Below, piece by piece: positions 6,326 through 16,506 of a DNA stretch of 26,386 nt (its first letter is position 1; every line of letters begins with the position of its first letter). The DNA is from Spirochaetota bacterium (GTDB lineage: Bacteria > Spirochaetota > GWE2-31-10 > MWDO01): positions 1 through 26,386 of the forward strand of contig JAGOCL010000001.1 of assembly GCA_017998755.1 (NCBI GenBank), written 5' to 3'. Below the pieces are notes generated by a model. That model was given only the letters and a program-made list of their open reading frames with translations, did not search any database and was not told the origin of the DNA. Both the position numbers and the translations under genes were made by a program.

Positions 6326-8320
6326 ATGTCGGACGGCGTTTATATTCCAGGGTTAAGTAGTAAATACGGTTCAAGCGAATCCATAAAGAAAATTATGGAC
6401 TCGAAAAGGGAAAAGCTTGACAAACTTGAAAATGAAAAAGAAATTCTAAAAGACGAAAAGAAAATATGGAGCGAACTGAAATCTAAAGCTCAGTCTTTTC
6501 AAAACAGCGCAAAAAAAATGTACGGATTTGAAGCGCCTTTTGACGACAAATTATCGGTATCTTCAGACGAGGCCTCTTTTTCGGCAAACGTTTCTAGAAA
6601 CGCCGAGATTGGAGAGTATAGGATTAATATTAAGAAGAAAGCGGCGTCTCATAAAATTGCCGGCGCTCAATTGGAAAGGAATTATAAAATTCAATCCGGA
6701 GAGTATCTTTTTAAAATTGGCGATGAAAATTTTAAGGTAAATTTTAGCGGCGGTTCTTTGGATGATTTTGCCCAAAAAATAAAAAAAGATTCAGGCGAAA
6801 AGATCAAAACAATCGTAGCTAACGACACTTCAAAAACTCAGGTTTTTATTCTTGAATCCTCTATTTTTGGCGACGGTAATTTTATAACTTTTGAAAACGA
6901 TCTTACAAGAAACGTTTTTAAAGCTATGGGCTTTTATGAAGAGACAAATACTTTTGATAAACGAATCGCAATTGAAGATAAAACATTAGTGAATTTGTCT
7001 GAAAATAAAAGAAATTCGATTATAGATGAAAACGGTAGCCTTGTTTTAAAAACAAATGATAAATACAGAATTAACCTTCCGGAAAACGTACCTTATAAAG
7101 AAGGTTTGGTAATGACGATAGACTTGAAAACTTTAAGTTTAGACGAAGTTGAATCGTCTGAAAAAATCGATCCGACAGGACCAAATTTTTCTCAAGAAGG
7201 TTCGGTAAATATTTATGATATTGAAATAGAGGGGGAATCTTCGCTTGTCGATATACCTACTTATGAGAAAATAGAAGAGCCGGTAAAAGAGACGATTATA
7301 GACGACAAGTATGTCTCTTTAATTACCAACAAGAGAACGATAAATCTTGAGGAGCTTGATGTAAATTCGGAAGATAAGACTTTGTCTTTTGATATGAAAG
7401 ATATAATCGCTCCCGACGAGGCAATTTCTTCGGTATTAATCAATAATAATAACACTGAAAAAGTATTGTTTGCAAAGAATCTTCGATTTTACGATAAAGA
7501 AGCTCTCACTGGGGTAAAATTCCGAAACGAACTTTCGTCGCCATCCAACGCGTCTTTGACTTTAGACGGTTTGAAAATCGATCGGGAGTCAAACGTTATA
7601 AACGATTTAATCAAAGGGGTTACTCTAAATATTTTTGATAAAACGGATAGGGAAGAAACCCTGAAGATTGATAGAGACTATAATAAAATAGCCGAATCTG
7701 TTAACGATTTCATAGGGGAGTACAACCAGATACTAGATTTTATCAACAATGAAACAAACGTCGACGCTATGGAATATAGGGAAGAAGACAAAGAAAAGAC
7801 CGGGAAGCTTTCCAAAGATTATACTCTTCGTTCTTTAGTTACAAAACTTAGAGTTATAATGATGAATCCTTATCCGACGGATTTTGGGGCTGAATTGTCA
7901 AATTTAAGCCAGATTGGTATTTCTACAAACGAGTCTAATAAAGGATTTGACGCGACGAAGATGAAGGGTATTCTGGAGGTTAATCCCGATAAATTTATCG
8001 AGCAAATGGAGAAGTACCCCGCGGGAATAAAACAACTTTTTGGGAGCGACACAGACGGAGATATTCTGATAGATAACGGTATTGCGTATGAAGCCGAACG
8101 GTTGCTCAAAGCTTATACGACTAGAGACGTCGGTTATTTTGATTCGAAGACAAATTCTATTGATAATCGTATTGAAAATCAAAACAAATCAATCGACAGT
8201 TATAAAGAAGTTCTTGATAAAGAAGAGAAGGACTTGAAAGAAAAATTTTTTAAAATGGAAAAAGCCGCTCAAGAGCTTGAGGAAAACAAAAAAAGGTTCG
8301 ATAATCTAGATAATAAATAA
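6326..8320 (+). CDS. fliD: Flagellar filament cap protein FliD (HAP2)
   Basis: N-terminal PGLSSKY...; IGEYRINIKKKAASHKIA; LTLDGLKIDRESNVINDLIKGVTLNI; LSQIGIST; C-terminal coiled coil. Confidence 0.93.
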   Translation: MSDGVYIPGLSSKYGSSESIKKIMDSKREKLDKLENEKEILKDEKKIWSELKSKAQSFQNSAKKMYGFEAPFDDKLSVSSDEASFSANVSRNAEIGEYRINIKKKAASHKIAGAQLERNYKIQSGEYLFKIGDENFKVNFSGGSLDDFAQKIKKDSGEKIKTIVANDTSKTQVFILESSIFGDGNFITFENDLTRNVFKAMGFYEETNTFDKRIAIEDKTLVNLSENKRNSIIDENGSLVLKTNDKYRINLPENVPYKEGLVMTIDLKTLSLDEVESSEKIDPTGPNFSQEGSVNIYDIEIEGESSLVDIPTYEKIEEPVKETIIDDKYVSLITNKRTINLEELDVNSEDKTLSFDMKDIIAPDEAISSVLINNNNTEKVLFAKNLRFYDKEALTGVKFRNELSSPSNASLTLDGLKIDRESNVINDLIKGVTLNIFDKTDREETLKIDRDYNKIAESVNDFIGEYNQILDFINNETNVDAMEYREEDKEKTGKLSKDYTLRSLVTKLRVIMMNPYPTDFGAELSNLSQIGISTNESNKGFDATKMKGILEVNPDKFIEQMEKYPAGIKQLFGSDTDGDILIDNGIAYEAERLLKAYTTRDVGYFDSKTNSIDNRIENQNKSIDSYKEVLDKEEKDLKEKFFKMEKAAQELEENKKRFDNLDNK

Positions 8321-8335
8321 ACGTCGGAGTTTTAA

Positions 8336-9328
8336 GTGGAAATATTAATTAATAACGAAATCATCCCATTCGAATTGGAAGGTGAAAAGAACGCTTTTGA
8401 AATAGTAAGCGCAATAGGGCTGTACGCGTCAAAAAACGATCCCCAACATTTTATAACCTCTATATCCGTTAACGGGAAAGAGTACTCTTACGCAGATGAG
8501 AACGGACTAAAAAACATTATGATCGAGGACATAGATAAACTGGAAATAGAAACTTCCGGTTTATTAGGTATATCAATTTTATCAATCGATCAAGTTGATA
8601 AATTCTTAAACCTATTAACGACGATGGTAAATCAAAATCAATACGACGAATCTTTAGTTAAAATAAAAGATTCTATGTTATGGATGAAAGACGGAGTAAA
8701 ACAGGTTGTCGGTTTGTTTTTTTCGAAGAAGAATAGATTAATTAATGACGAGAAAATATTCTCAAATGAATTTGATAAAATAAATTTGATAATCAAACAT
8801 ATAGACGCTCAGGGACATATTTTACCCGACAATATAATAGAGAGTTTTAATAAATCTGTAAAAACTATGAAGGGCTGTTTGAATAATATCAGAACGTTTC
8901 TTAAAACTTCTGAAGATATGGAAGATAAAGATAAAATACTTGAAAATCTAAATTCTGTAATAGGCGATATTGAGAAATTGATACCGGGGCTTTCAAGCGC
9001 GCCGATTTTGTTTCAAACCGGAGACGATAATCTTGCTATGGAAACAATTCAGAATTTAGCAAATATTCTGGAACGAAGTATAAATTTATTTATCGTTTTC
9101 AAAGAAGATTCTAACCTTCATCTCGATAAATATACGACAAAAGAGGTAACTTTTGAAGTTTTCTTTGAAACTTTAACGAATCATTTGAAAGAATTGATGA
9201 GTTCTATTGAAAATAACGATTCCATAATGATGGGGGATTTGTTAGAGTACGAATTTATTCCGAATATAGAAGAGATCAGCGGTATATTTAAAAGGATCAG
9301 AGACGAAGCCTTTATCAAAGCGAATTAA
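8336..9328 (+). CDS. Conserved hypothetical helical protein downstream of fliD
   Basis: 330-aa ORF with GTG start and GGAG RBS; motifs LFQTGDDNLAM and DSIMMGDLLEYEFIP. Confidence 0.8.
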   Translation: MEILINNEIIPFELEGEKNAFEIVSAIGLYASKNDPQHFITSISVNGKEYSYADENGLKNIMIEDIDKLEIETSGLLGISILSIDQVDKFLNLLTTMVNQNQYDESLVKIKDSMLWMKDGVKQVVGLFFSKKNRLINDEKIFSNEFDKINLIIKHIDAQGHILPDNIIESFNKSVKTMKGCLNNIRTFLKTSEDMEDKDKILENLNSVIGDIEKLIPGLSSAPILFQTGDDNLAMETIQNLANILERSINLFIVFKEDSNLHLDKYTTKEVTFEVFFETLTNHLKELMSSIENNDSIMMGDLLEYEFIPNIEEISGIFKRIRDEAFIKAN

Positions 9329-9408
9329 TTTTAATTATTTCTTTCAAAAATTCAAAATTATGATATAAAACTATCCGTATTCAAAAAAAGTTTTATATTT
9401 AGCGGAAT

Positions 9409-11001
9409 TTGGATCAAATAGTGAGCGATAATAAAAAGTATTTAAAATCAACATTGATCATTAGCTTATGTTCTTTTTTATCGCAAATTTTGGGATTATT
9501 AAGAACGACTTTGCTTTCTTCTTTTTACGGAGCAACCGAAAGCGAAGGGCTTGCCGATTGTTATTCCGCCGCATTCAAACTCCCCGATATAATTTTTACT
9601 TTGGTCGCCTCGGGAATAGTTTCTATTGTTCTTATTCCTTATTTTCTAACAAAGATGAAAGAAGGAAAGGCCGACGCGATTAACAAAATATGTTCCGGCT
9701 TCATTAACATATTTTTTCTTATTTTAAGTTTTTTTATAATTATAGGAATGGTTTTTGCGCCGTATATAGTAAAAAATATTTTACTATCAGGTTGGACGGA
9801 TGATATTAAAATTGCTCTTACGGTCAAAATGACTAGAATATTATTTTTACAAGTTCTTTTTATTAGTTTATCAAGTATTTTTGGCTCTTATCTCAACGCT
9901 TTAGAGAAATTTTTAGCATATTCGTTGGCTTTATTGTCATATAATGTCGGTATTATAATAGGAATTTTATTTTTAGCTCCATATATAGGAATTGAAGGGG
10001 TAGTATGGGGCGTCGTAGCGGGGAGTTTTATACATTTAGCTATTCAAGCGGGGGGCTCGATTAAAAACGGTTTTAAATATTCTCTAGTATTACCTAAAAT
10101 CGACAAGGAATTAATATTTCTTACGTTAAACGGAATTCCGAGAGTGATTACTTTGGCAAGTTCGCAAATTGTAAGATTCTTTTACGTAACAATAGGAAGT
10201 TTCATATTCACCGGCGCAATTTTTATATTTGATAATGTAGAAAATATCGCTATGGTTCCTTACGGTTTAGTCGCAATAAGCTTTTCCACGACGGCGTTTC
10301 CTATATTTATAAAATATTTCAATAAATCTGATTATTCGTCTCTTTATGATTCGCTTTTTGAAAAGTTAAGAATGCTTTTCTATTTTATTTTACCCGTAAC
10401 GGTAGTTTTAATAGTTTTGAGAAAAGAGATTGTCGATATTTTAATCGGTTATAATAAATATTTGCCAAAAGACGTAGAAATTACCAAAAACGCTCTATTT
10501 TATTTGGCTCTGAGTATTCCTTTTTTTTCCGCATCGTTATTAATAGTAAAATTTTATTACGCTTTGAGATTTTCATTAATTCCTATGTTTATCGCTTTAT
10601 TCTCATCGGTTTTGTCTATAGCCGTTTCATACTTATTAGTTAATAAATTGGAAGTAGCAAGTTTGTCGATAGGGAGATCTGCCGGGTATCTGACGCAGTT
10701 TATTTTGCTTATGATTTTTTTAATACCTGTTTTTAGAAATAAAATTGATCCGGGTAAGAATAAAACTAAGCCGGTAATTGAGACGGTTGTATTAATTACT
10801 ATATCCTCAGTAATATTGGTATTTGGATTATTTCTTCAACAATGGATTAACATTTCAAATGTCGGAAAAATTGATTCGATTTTAAAGATATTATTAATTG
10901 GATTTATAATATCCGTTTTATACTTTATCTCAACATATCTGACAAACTCGGCGGAATCAAAAATGGTTTTGAATTATATTACTTCAAAATTTAAAAAATA
11001 A
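9409..11001 (+). CDS. murJ: Lipid II flippase MurJ/MviN
   Basis: SQILGLLR; ADCYSAAFKLPD; VASG; about 14 hydrophobic segments; TTG start. Confidence 0.9.
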   Translation: MDQIVSDNKKYLKSTLIISLCSFLSQILGLLRTTLLSSFYGATESEGLADCYSAAFKLPDIIFTLVASGIVSIVLIPYFLTKMKEGKADAINKICSGFINIFFLILSFFIIIGMVFAPYIVKNILLSGWTDDIKIALTVKMTRILFLQVLFISLSSIFGSYLNALEKFLAYSLALLSYNVGIIIGILFLAPYIGIEGVVWGVVAGSFIHLAIQAGGSIKNGFKYSLVLPKIDKELIFLTLNGIPRVITLASSQIVRFFYVTIGSFIFTGAIFIFDNVENIAMVPYGLVAISFSTTAFPIFIKYFNKSDYSSLYDSLFEKLRMLFYFILPVTVVLIVLRKEIVDILIGYNKYLPKDVEITKNALFYLALSIPFFSASLLIVKFYYALRFSLIPMFIALFSSVLSIAVSYLLVNKLEVASLSIGRSAGYLTQFILLMIFLIPVFRNKIDPGKNKTKPVIETVVLITISSVILVFGLFLQQWINISNVGKIDSILKILLIGFIISVLYFISTYLTNSAESKMVLNYITSKFKK

Positions 11002-11059
11002 TATTGTGTTTTTTCTAAATATTTATTAAAATAACTGCAATATAATTGTAGGAGTAAAT

Positions 11060-11932
11060 ATGTTGCAAGGATTATATACCGCCATAGTAACGCCGTTTAA
11101 CGAAGACGGAACTATTGACGAACATTCTTTTAGGGAACTTATTGAAGAGCAGGTAAGCGCCGGAGTTACCGGTATCGTTCCTTGCGGAACGACGGGCGAG
11201 TCGCCTTCGTTAGATTATAAAGAACACGACGAGGTAATCCGTATCGTAGTTGATCAGGTAAGAAAAAGATGCGAGGTTATGGCCGGAACAGGTTCAAATT
11301 CGACAAAGGAAGCGATCGAGATGACTAAACACGCCAAATCGCTTGGCGTAACTTCTTCTTTACAGGTAGTGCCGTATTATAATAAACCGACTCAAAAAGG
11401 TCAATACGAACATTTTAAAGCTATTGCCGAATCGTCGGATTTACCGATTGTTATATATAATATACAAGGAAGAACCGGCGTTAATATGGAGACTTCAACA
11501 TTAATAGAACTTTCAAAAATAAAAAATATTATCGCCGTTAAGGAAGCGTCCGGTTCGGTTTCTCAAATGATAGATGTTCTGGAACAAAAACCAAAGGATT
11601 TTTCCGTTTTATCGGGCGACGACAAGTTAACTCTACCGCTTATGGCTTGCGGAGGTTCGGGAGTAATATCAGTAGCGTCGAATGTTATTCCGAAGAAAAT
11701 GGTCGAATTTGTTAATTACGGATTGAATAACGATTTCATTTCAATGAGAAAAATGCAATTGGAGTTAAACGAGTTATTTACAAAACTCTTCGTTGAAACT
11801 AATCCTATTCCGGTAAAGAAGATATTGGCTTTAAAAGGTAAAATTAAGTCCTCATATCGTCTTCCGATATGCGAACCTTCCGATAAAACCGTTGAAATTT
11901 GTAAATATTTGATAGAAAAATATAAAATATAG
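11060..11932 (+). CDS. dapA: 4-hydroxy-tetrahydrodipicolinate synthase
   Basis: AIVTPF; GTTGES; VPYYNKP; IYNIQGRTG (catalytic Tyr); AVKEASG (Schiff-base Lys); LSGDD; FVETNPIPVK. Confidence 0.95.
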   Translation: MLQGLYTAIVTPFNEDGTIDEHSFRELIEEQVSAGVTGIVPCGTTGESPSLDYKEHDEVIRIVVDQVRKRCEVMAGTGSNSTKEAIEMTKHAKSLGVTSSLQVVPYYNKPTQKGQYEHFKAIAESSDLPIVIYNIQGRTGVNMETSTLIELSKIKNIIAVKEASGSVSQMIDVLEQKPKDFSVLSGDDKLTLPLMACGGSGVISVASNVIPKKMVEFVNYGLNNDFISMRKMQLELNELFTKLFVETNPIPVKKILALKGKIKSSYRLPICEPSDKTVEICKYLIEKYKI

Positions 11933-11935
11933 TTA

Positions 11936-12529
11936 ATGTATAATTTGAATGAAGATATAGTTGTAGAAAATTGGATAAAACCTCCAAAAATTGTTCAGTA
12001 TACAAATTCTCATTTAAAATCTTACGACGGAAAGACCTTAATTTGCGAGTTTATGTTTCCTCATAAATATTCGTTCAACGATTTTTATATCTTTGGAGAG
12101 AAAGTTTTAAACTCCGGAGATATGTTTTACGGAAGAAGATATTTTTATTGCGATAGGTATTTTTCTTTATTGGAATTTTATTCTAAAGATCGTAATATTA
12201 CAGCTTATTATATCGATTTATCTTTACCGGCGTTGATATTGAAGGAAGACGTTTATAAAGTTGTAATTCTTGATATAAAACTGGATTTCTTTGTTATGCC
12301 GAATAAGAAGAAGCATTATTTACTGGACGAAGACGAATACAAACATGCGATAGATAGCGGTTATTTTACAGACAACGAGATTAGCGCATGTAATAGAACA
12401 AAAGATTTTATATCGCGCAAAATACTATCCGGGAATTATGACGATATATTTAAGGATTATGAGAAAACCGACATATCTGAATGGGACAGATATAAAAATA
12501 TTTCAAAAACGCTTCTATTTGAGATATAA
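11936..12529 (+). CDS. DUF402 domain protein (putative nucleoside di/triphosphate phosphatase)
   Basis: YYIDLSLP...LDIKLDFFV...LLDEDEYKHAI pattern characteristic of DUF402. Confidence 0.75.
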   Translation: MYNLNEDIVVENWIKPPKIVQYTNSHLKSYDGKTLICEFMFPHKYSFNDFYIFGEKVLNSGDMFYGRRYFYCDRYFSLLEFYSKDRNITAYYIDLSLPALILKEDVYKVVILDIKLDFFVMPNKKKHYLLDEDEYKHAIDSGYFTDNEISACNRTKDFISRKILSGNYDDIFKDYEKTDISEWDRYKNISKTLLFEI

Positions 12530-12542
12530 AAGAGAAATAACA

Positions 12543-12571
12543 TTGCATAAAACTAAAATTAATATTATAAT
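12543..12571 (+). promoter_or_regulatory. sigma70-type promoter
   Basis: TTGCAT-17 nt-TATAAT. Confidence 0.6.
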
Positions 12572-12605
12572 ACCGCTTTATTAAATATAGGTTGGGGAAT
12601 TAATT

Positions 12606-13205
12606 ATGGATAAAGAAAAGATTGTTTTTCGAGCGCGCGGGCCGGTTTATACTCACTTCGCATTTGCTATACTGTTATTTTATATACTTTTTTGGGACTT
12701 GAAAAGCGGTTTCGTTCAAATTATATCCGGAGGCTTCTTAGTTATTTTAGGAGAATTCATCAGGATTTGGTGCGCATCGTATATAGGGACTTGCGGGAGA
12801 GCGATGTCTTTAGACGTTAAGAGGTTGAGGGTGTCGGGGCCATATTCGTTCGTCAGAAATCCTATATACATCGGTAACTTTATTTGGTCGGCCGGATTAG
12901 CGGTATTGGCGAATTTTCCTTACATTATTCCGTACTTTTGGGTTTGTTTGATAATCTTATATATATCGATTATACCTTACGAGGAAAAATATTTGGCGGA
13001 CACTTTCGGCGATGAATATAAAGATTACTCTTCAAAAGTTAATCGGTTAATTCCTACGTTCGGGAAAAAAAGAAACAGAGAAAAAAGCGAATATGAAATA
13101 AAATTGGGGTTAAAAAACGAGGCTCATGTTATTACATACTTAGTTTTATCGACAATTGTATTTATAGTTCTTACCGCGCTACGAGGCGGCTTTACGGCGA
13201 AATAA
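12606..13205 (+). CDS. Isoprenylcysteine carboxyl methyltransferase / PEMT family membrane protein
   Basis: SGPYSFVRNPIYIG motif; EEKYL...FGDEYKDY...VNRLIP C-terminal motif; hydrophobic helices. Confidence 0.88.
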   Translation: MDKEKIVFRARGPVYTHFAFAILLFYILFWDLKSGFVQIISGGFLVILGEFIRIWCASYIGTCGRAMSLDVKRLRVSGPYSFVRNPIYIGNFIWSAGLAVLANFPYIIPYFWVCLIILYISIIPYEEKYLADTFGDEYKDYSSKVNRLIPTFGKKRNREKSEYEIKLGLKNEAHVITYLVLSTIVFIVLTALRGGFTAK

Positions 13206-13247
13206 CGAAAGATATTAAAGGTTTAATGTTTAATAGCGATTATTTTC

Positions 13248-13275
13248 TTGCAATTATTAATTAATGTAATATAAT
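13248..13275 (+). promoter_or_regulatory. sigma70-type promoter (near-leaderless NUDIX transcript)
   Basis: TTGCAA-16 nt-TATAAT, ending 9 nt before the ATG. Confidence 0.5.
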
Positions 13276-13284
13276 ACTAAAATT

Positions 13285-13863
13285 ATGAAAGATAAAAATA
13301 AACTTTGGGATATTAAGTCTAAGAAACAAATATTTAAGAAGAAAATATTTTCCGTTAATGAAATGGATTGTTATTTGCCTTCAAAGAATGTTAATAACCT
13401 TTTTTATTCCCTAGATCTCTACGATTGGGTCAATATTTTTGCCGTAAACGACAAAAATGAAGTAATACTTGTAAAACAACATAGAATAGGTTCAAATATT
13501 GTAACTATAGAAGTTCCGGCCGGTGCTATCGAGCATAACGAAGACCCCGAGTTAGCGGCTAAAAGGGAGTTGCTTGAGGAGACGGGATATTCGACCGACA
13601 ACATAGAGTTGATAAAGAAAATCAGAGTTAACCCCGCAATACAGTCTAATTTTTGTTATTTCTTTTTAGCAAAGAATTGTAAACCGAGTTCTGAAGTACA
13701 TTTTGACGAGACTGAGGAGATAGAGCTCTTAACGGAACCTGTCGAATCGGTTTTTAACAAAATATGGGACAATTATATAGATAATTCTCTGGCGTTAATG
13801 GCGGTAATGCTGGCAAAAGAGAAAATATTAAATTCAGAAAATTCCAAAAAAGATTGCCAATAA
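13285..13863 (+). CDS. NUDIX hydrolase (ADP-ribose pyrophosphatase-like)
   Basis: Nudix box GAIEHNEDPELAAKRELLEETGY; LVKQHR...IEVPAG. Confidence 0.92.
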   Translation: MKDKNKLWDIKSKKQIFKKKIFSVNEMDCYLPSKNVNNLFYSLDLYDWVNIFAVNDKNEVILVKQHRIGSNIVTIEVPAGAIEHNEDPELAAKRELLEETGYSTDNIELIKKIRVNPAIQSNFCYFFLAKNCKPSSEVHFDETEEIELLTEPVESVFNKIWDNYIDNSLALMAVMLAKEKILNSENSKKDCQ

Positions 13864-13865
13864 AG

Positions 13866-14210
13866 ATGTTTAATAAAAATATATATCAAATATATTTTAT
13901 AATATACCCCGATGGAGAAGAGCAGGAGATATTTAATCCGCTAAATTTCGGCGATATTGTCGACGTTAACGGAAATCTTTATGAAATGAAAGATTTGGAT
14001 CCTCATAAGATTGCTTACAAAGTAGTCGGGTGTAAGAGATCAGATTATTTTAAAGAAAGTACTTGGCGGTATAAGCTTGAGATATTAAATAGGGATCAGG
14101 TAATTGACGAGATAGGATACAGAAATACGGTGGAGTATAAAGAAAAACTCGACGAGATATACAAAAAAATTGAAAAGAGAATTTTGAAGAAAAAAAAGAG
14201 GACGCGCTAA
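13866..14210 (+). CDS. Hypothetical protein
   Basis: ORF track starts at TTG 13854; ATG 13866, just after the NUDIX stop, is preferred. The stop abuts the next ATG (14211), implying an operon. Confidence 0.7.
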   Translation: MFNKNIYQIYFIIYPDGEEQEIFNPLNFGDIVDVNGNLYEMKDLDPHKIAYKVVGCKRSDYFKESTWRYKLEILNRDQVIDEIGYRNTVEYKEKLDEIYKKIEKRILKKKKRTR

Positions 14211-14909
14211 ATGTTGGAAATAGAAAAAAAATATTTTGTTGGGAATTTTGACGATACTTTGGATTTACTTCAAAAGCGTTTTGGAAAATATGAAACCGAA
14301 GTTAAGTCCGGTTTTTGGTGGAGCAGTAATTGCTCCGGCTTGGAAAATATTTTGGATATAAACGAGCCGAAATTATTAAAAAAAGAGGCGGCGGTTATAA
14401 AAGAAATTGGAGAATTTGTTTTTCCGGTACAAGATTATAATTTTATGCGGATCAGAATAATTAATAGCTCTAAATATTGCGTAACTTTTAAAAATAAAGC
14501 TTTAATAAAGAATATTGAGAGAAATACGGAGTATGAATTTGAGATTGAAAAGGATTTGTTGTTAAGGATTATTGATTTTTTACAAGAAAATTGTTTTATT
14601 TTTTATTATAATATAAAAGAATCAAGAGTTTTTAAAAAGAAAGACATTTCTATTGAACTTTCTACTTTTAACGATCTGGTAAGCCCCTACTTAGAGGTTG
14701 AAGCCCTTGGCGAAAATGAACAGGAGTTGTTTTCTAAAATTGAAGAAACTATAAATCGAATCAATCTGACTTCCCTTAAAGAAGAACCTAAAAATTATGT
14801 GGAATTATCGTTTTTGGAAAATAAAAACAAATTAAGAAATGTAAAACTTTCCGCTTACTCTAGGGAAGCTTTTAAAGAACTACAAAACAAATTAGACGAT
14901 AACGGATAG
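14211..14909 (+). CDS. CYTH (CyaB/thiamine triphosphatase-like) domain protein
   Basis: N-terminal EIEKK (ExExK); RIR; TFK; EYEFE; YLEVE motifs. Confidence 0.8.
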   Translation: MLEIEKKYFVGNFDDTLDLLQKRFGKYETEVKSGFWWSSNCSGLENILDINEPKLLKKEAAVIKEIGEFVFPVQDYNFMRIRIINSSKYCVTFKNKALIKNIERNTEYEFEIEKDLLLRIIDFLQENCFIFYYNIKESRVFKKKDISIELSTFNDLVSPYLEVEALGENEQELFSKIEETINRINLTSLKEEPKNYVELSFLENKNKLRNVKLSAYSREAFKELQNKLDDNG

Positions 14910-14911
14910 AT

Positions 14912-15517
14912 ATGACAGACTCAGAATTAACGATGCTTAGTTTTATTCAAGACGGACTAAATTACTCTTATATAATTGAAAAAGTGATAGACGGGAAAAA
15001 GTTGAGGGATTATTTTGAATTGTCTTTTTCTAGTATATATTTTTTGACTAATATTTTAGAAAAAAAAAATCTAGTCGAGACGTATCCAAGTTTTGGAAAG
15101 AAAAAAGTCGGTAAAAAAGCGATTAAAATTACCGAATCGGGTACGGAAACGCTAAAAAAGTCTTTTACAGATAAGTTTTCCGCTAAACCGCAATTGTCTC
15201 ACCCTTTCGACTATATATTATATCATTGTCATCATTTTACTTCTCAAGAATTAAAGTCAGGATTAAATAAATATATCAAAGAATCAGAGCGAATTTATTT
15301 ATATTATTTTCAAAAATACGAAGACAAGAAAAACTCAGATAATCTTGAGATCGGCGAAAAGATGGTCTTAAAACATTTTATTCACCGATTGAAAGGCGAG
15401 ATAGAATGGGCGAAGGAAACTAAAATATATTTACAATCCATAAAAAATCTTGACGAAGAATTAGAAAAACAAAAGCGAAATATTTCAGAATATTTTAAGC
15501 GACTTATACTTGATTAA
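14912..15517 (+). CDS. PadR-like winged-helix transcriptional regulator
   Basis: LSFI...YSYII...SSIYFLTNILEKKNLVE...KKAIKITESG pattern plus a C-terminal helical domain. Confidence 0.75.
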   Translation: MTDSELTMLSFIQDGLNYSYIIEKVIDGKKLRDYFELSFSSIYFLTNILEKKNLVETYPSFGKKKVGKKAIKITESGTETLKKSFTDKFSAKPQLSHPFDYILYHCHHFTSQELKSGLNKYIKESERIYLYYFQKYEDKKNSDNLEIGEKMVLKHFIHRLKGEIEWAKETKIYLQSIKNLDEELEKQKRNISEYFKRLILD

Positions 15518-15522
15518 AAAAG

Positions 15523-16506
15523 TCAGCTGTTTTGCGTTAGTTTCAGAGCTAAGTTATACGCCGACAAAAAACTATTTATACCGGCAGTTTTCTTTCCTAT
15601 AAGATCGACTCCCGTTCCGTGATCTACGCTCGTTCTTATATATTTCATTCCAAAACTTAGATTTACGCCGTCGTCAAAAGATAACATCTTAAACGGAATT
15701 AGTCCTTGATCGTGGTAGGGAGTAATGTATAATCCGAATTTACTTCTCATTGATTCTAAGAAAGCGGTATCAGCCGGAATAGGACCTACTAAAATAGGAT
15801 TGTTCATCTCATTTAGGACTTCTTTCATCATATTTTCTTCATCGCCTAATAAGCCGTTTTCCCCTGCGTGGGGATTTATTCCGACAACGCAGATTTTTTT
15901 ATTTATATTTAATTTTTTTACAAGATCAAGAGAAGTATTAATTGCGTCAATTAAAAGATCTTTTGTTATAGCTTTTGGAACATCCTTTAAAGGGATATGA
16001 GTAGTTAGAAGTAATAAATTGATTTTATCAGAAATAAAGGTCATAAAAACCTGTTTTTCGTTCCATCTTTTTTGGTAGAATTCCGTATGACCTGTAAAGG
16101 TTTTATCAAAAATGTTAATATTTTTCTTAGATACCGGTAACGTTACTACGCTGTTAAAATAGCCGTTTTTTACTAAATCGGCTGTCATATTTATTGTATC
16201 AAAAGCGATCTTTCCGTCCATGTTTTCGTTGATTGTATTTATAGCTACGTTAGATGAATATTCGTCGATATTGATAATAGAAAAGTCTTTATTGTCGTTA
16301 ATAGTTATTTTTTCTAAATCGTCGAATTTATACTCGTTAAATTTACAATTTATATCCAATAGTTTGCAAAAAGATTTGAGTATATTTACAGACCCTACGC
16401 AAAAAGGCTTTACGTCTTTATAAATATCTGTCGATAAGCTTCGTAAAAAAATCTCATATCCTATACCGTATGGAGATCCCAAAGATATAATCGGTAAATC
16501 TATCAT
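15523..16506 (-). CDS. pdxA: 4-hydroxythreonine-4-phosphate dehydrogenase family (PdxA)
   Basis: GIGYEI; TLPVSK; GHTE; TTHIPL; GINPHAGE; GPIPADT; YHDQGLIPFK; RTSVDHGT. Confidence 0.92.
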   Translation of the reverse strand: MIDLPIISLGSPYGIGYEIFLRSLSTDIYKDVKPFCVGSVNILKSFCKLLDINCKFNEYKFDDLEKITINDNKDFSIINIDEYSSNVAINTINENMDGKIAFDTINMTADLVKNGYFNSVVTLPVSKKNINIFDKTFTGHTEFYQKRWNEKQVFMTFISDKINLLLLTTHIPLKDVPKAITKDLLIDAINTSLDLVKKLNINKKICVVGINPHAGENGLLGDEENMMKEVLNEMNNPILVGPIPADTAFLESMRSKFGLYITPYHDQGLIPFKMLSFDDGVNLSFGMKYIRTSVDHGTGVDLIGKKTAGINSFLSAYNLALKLTQNS

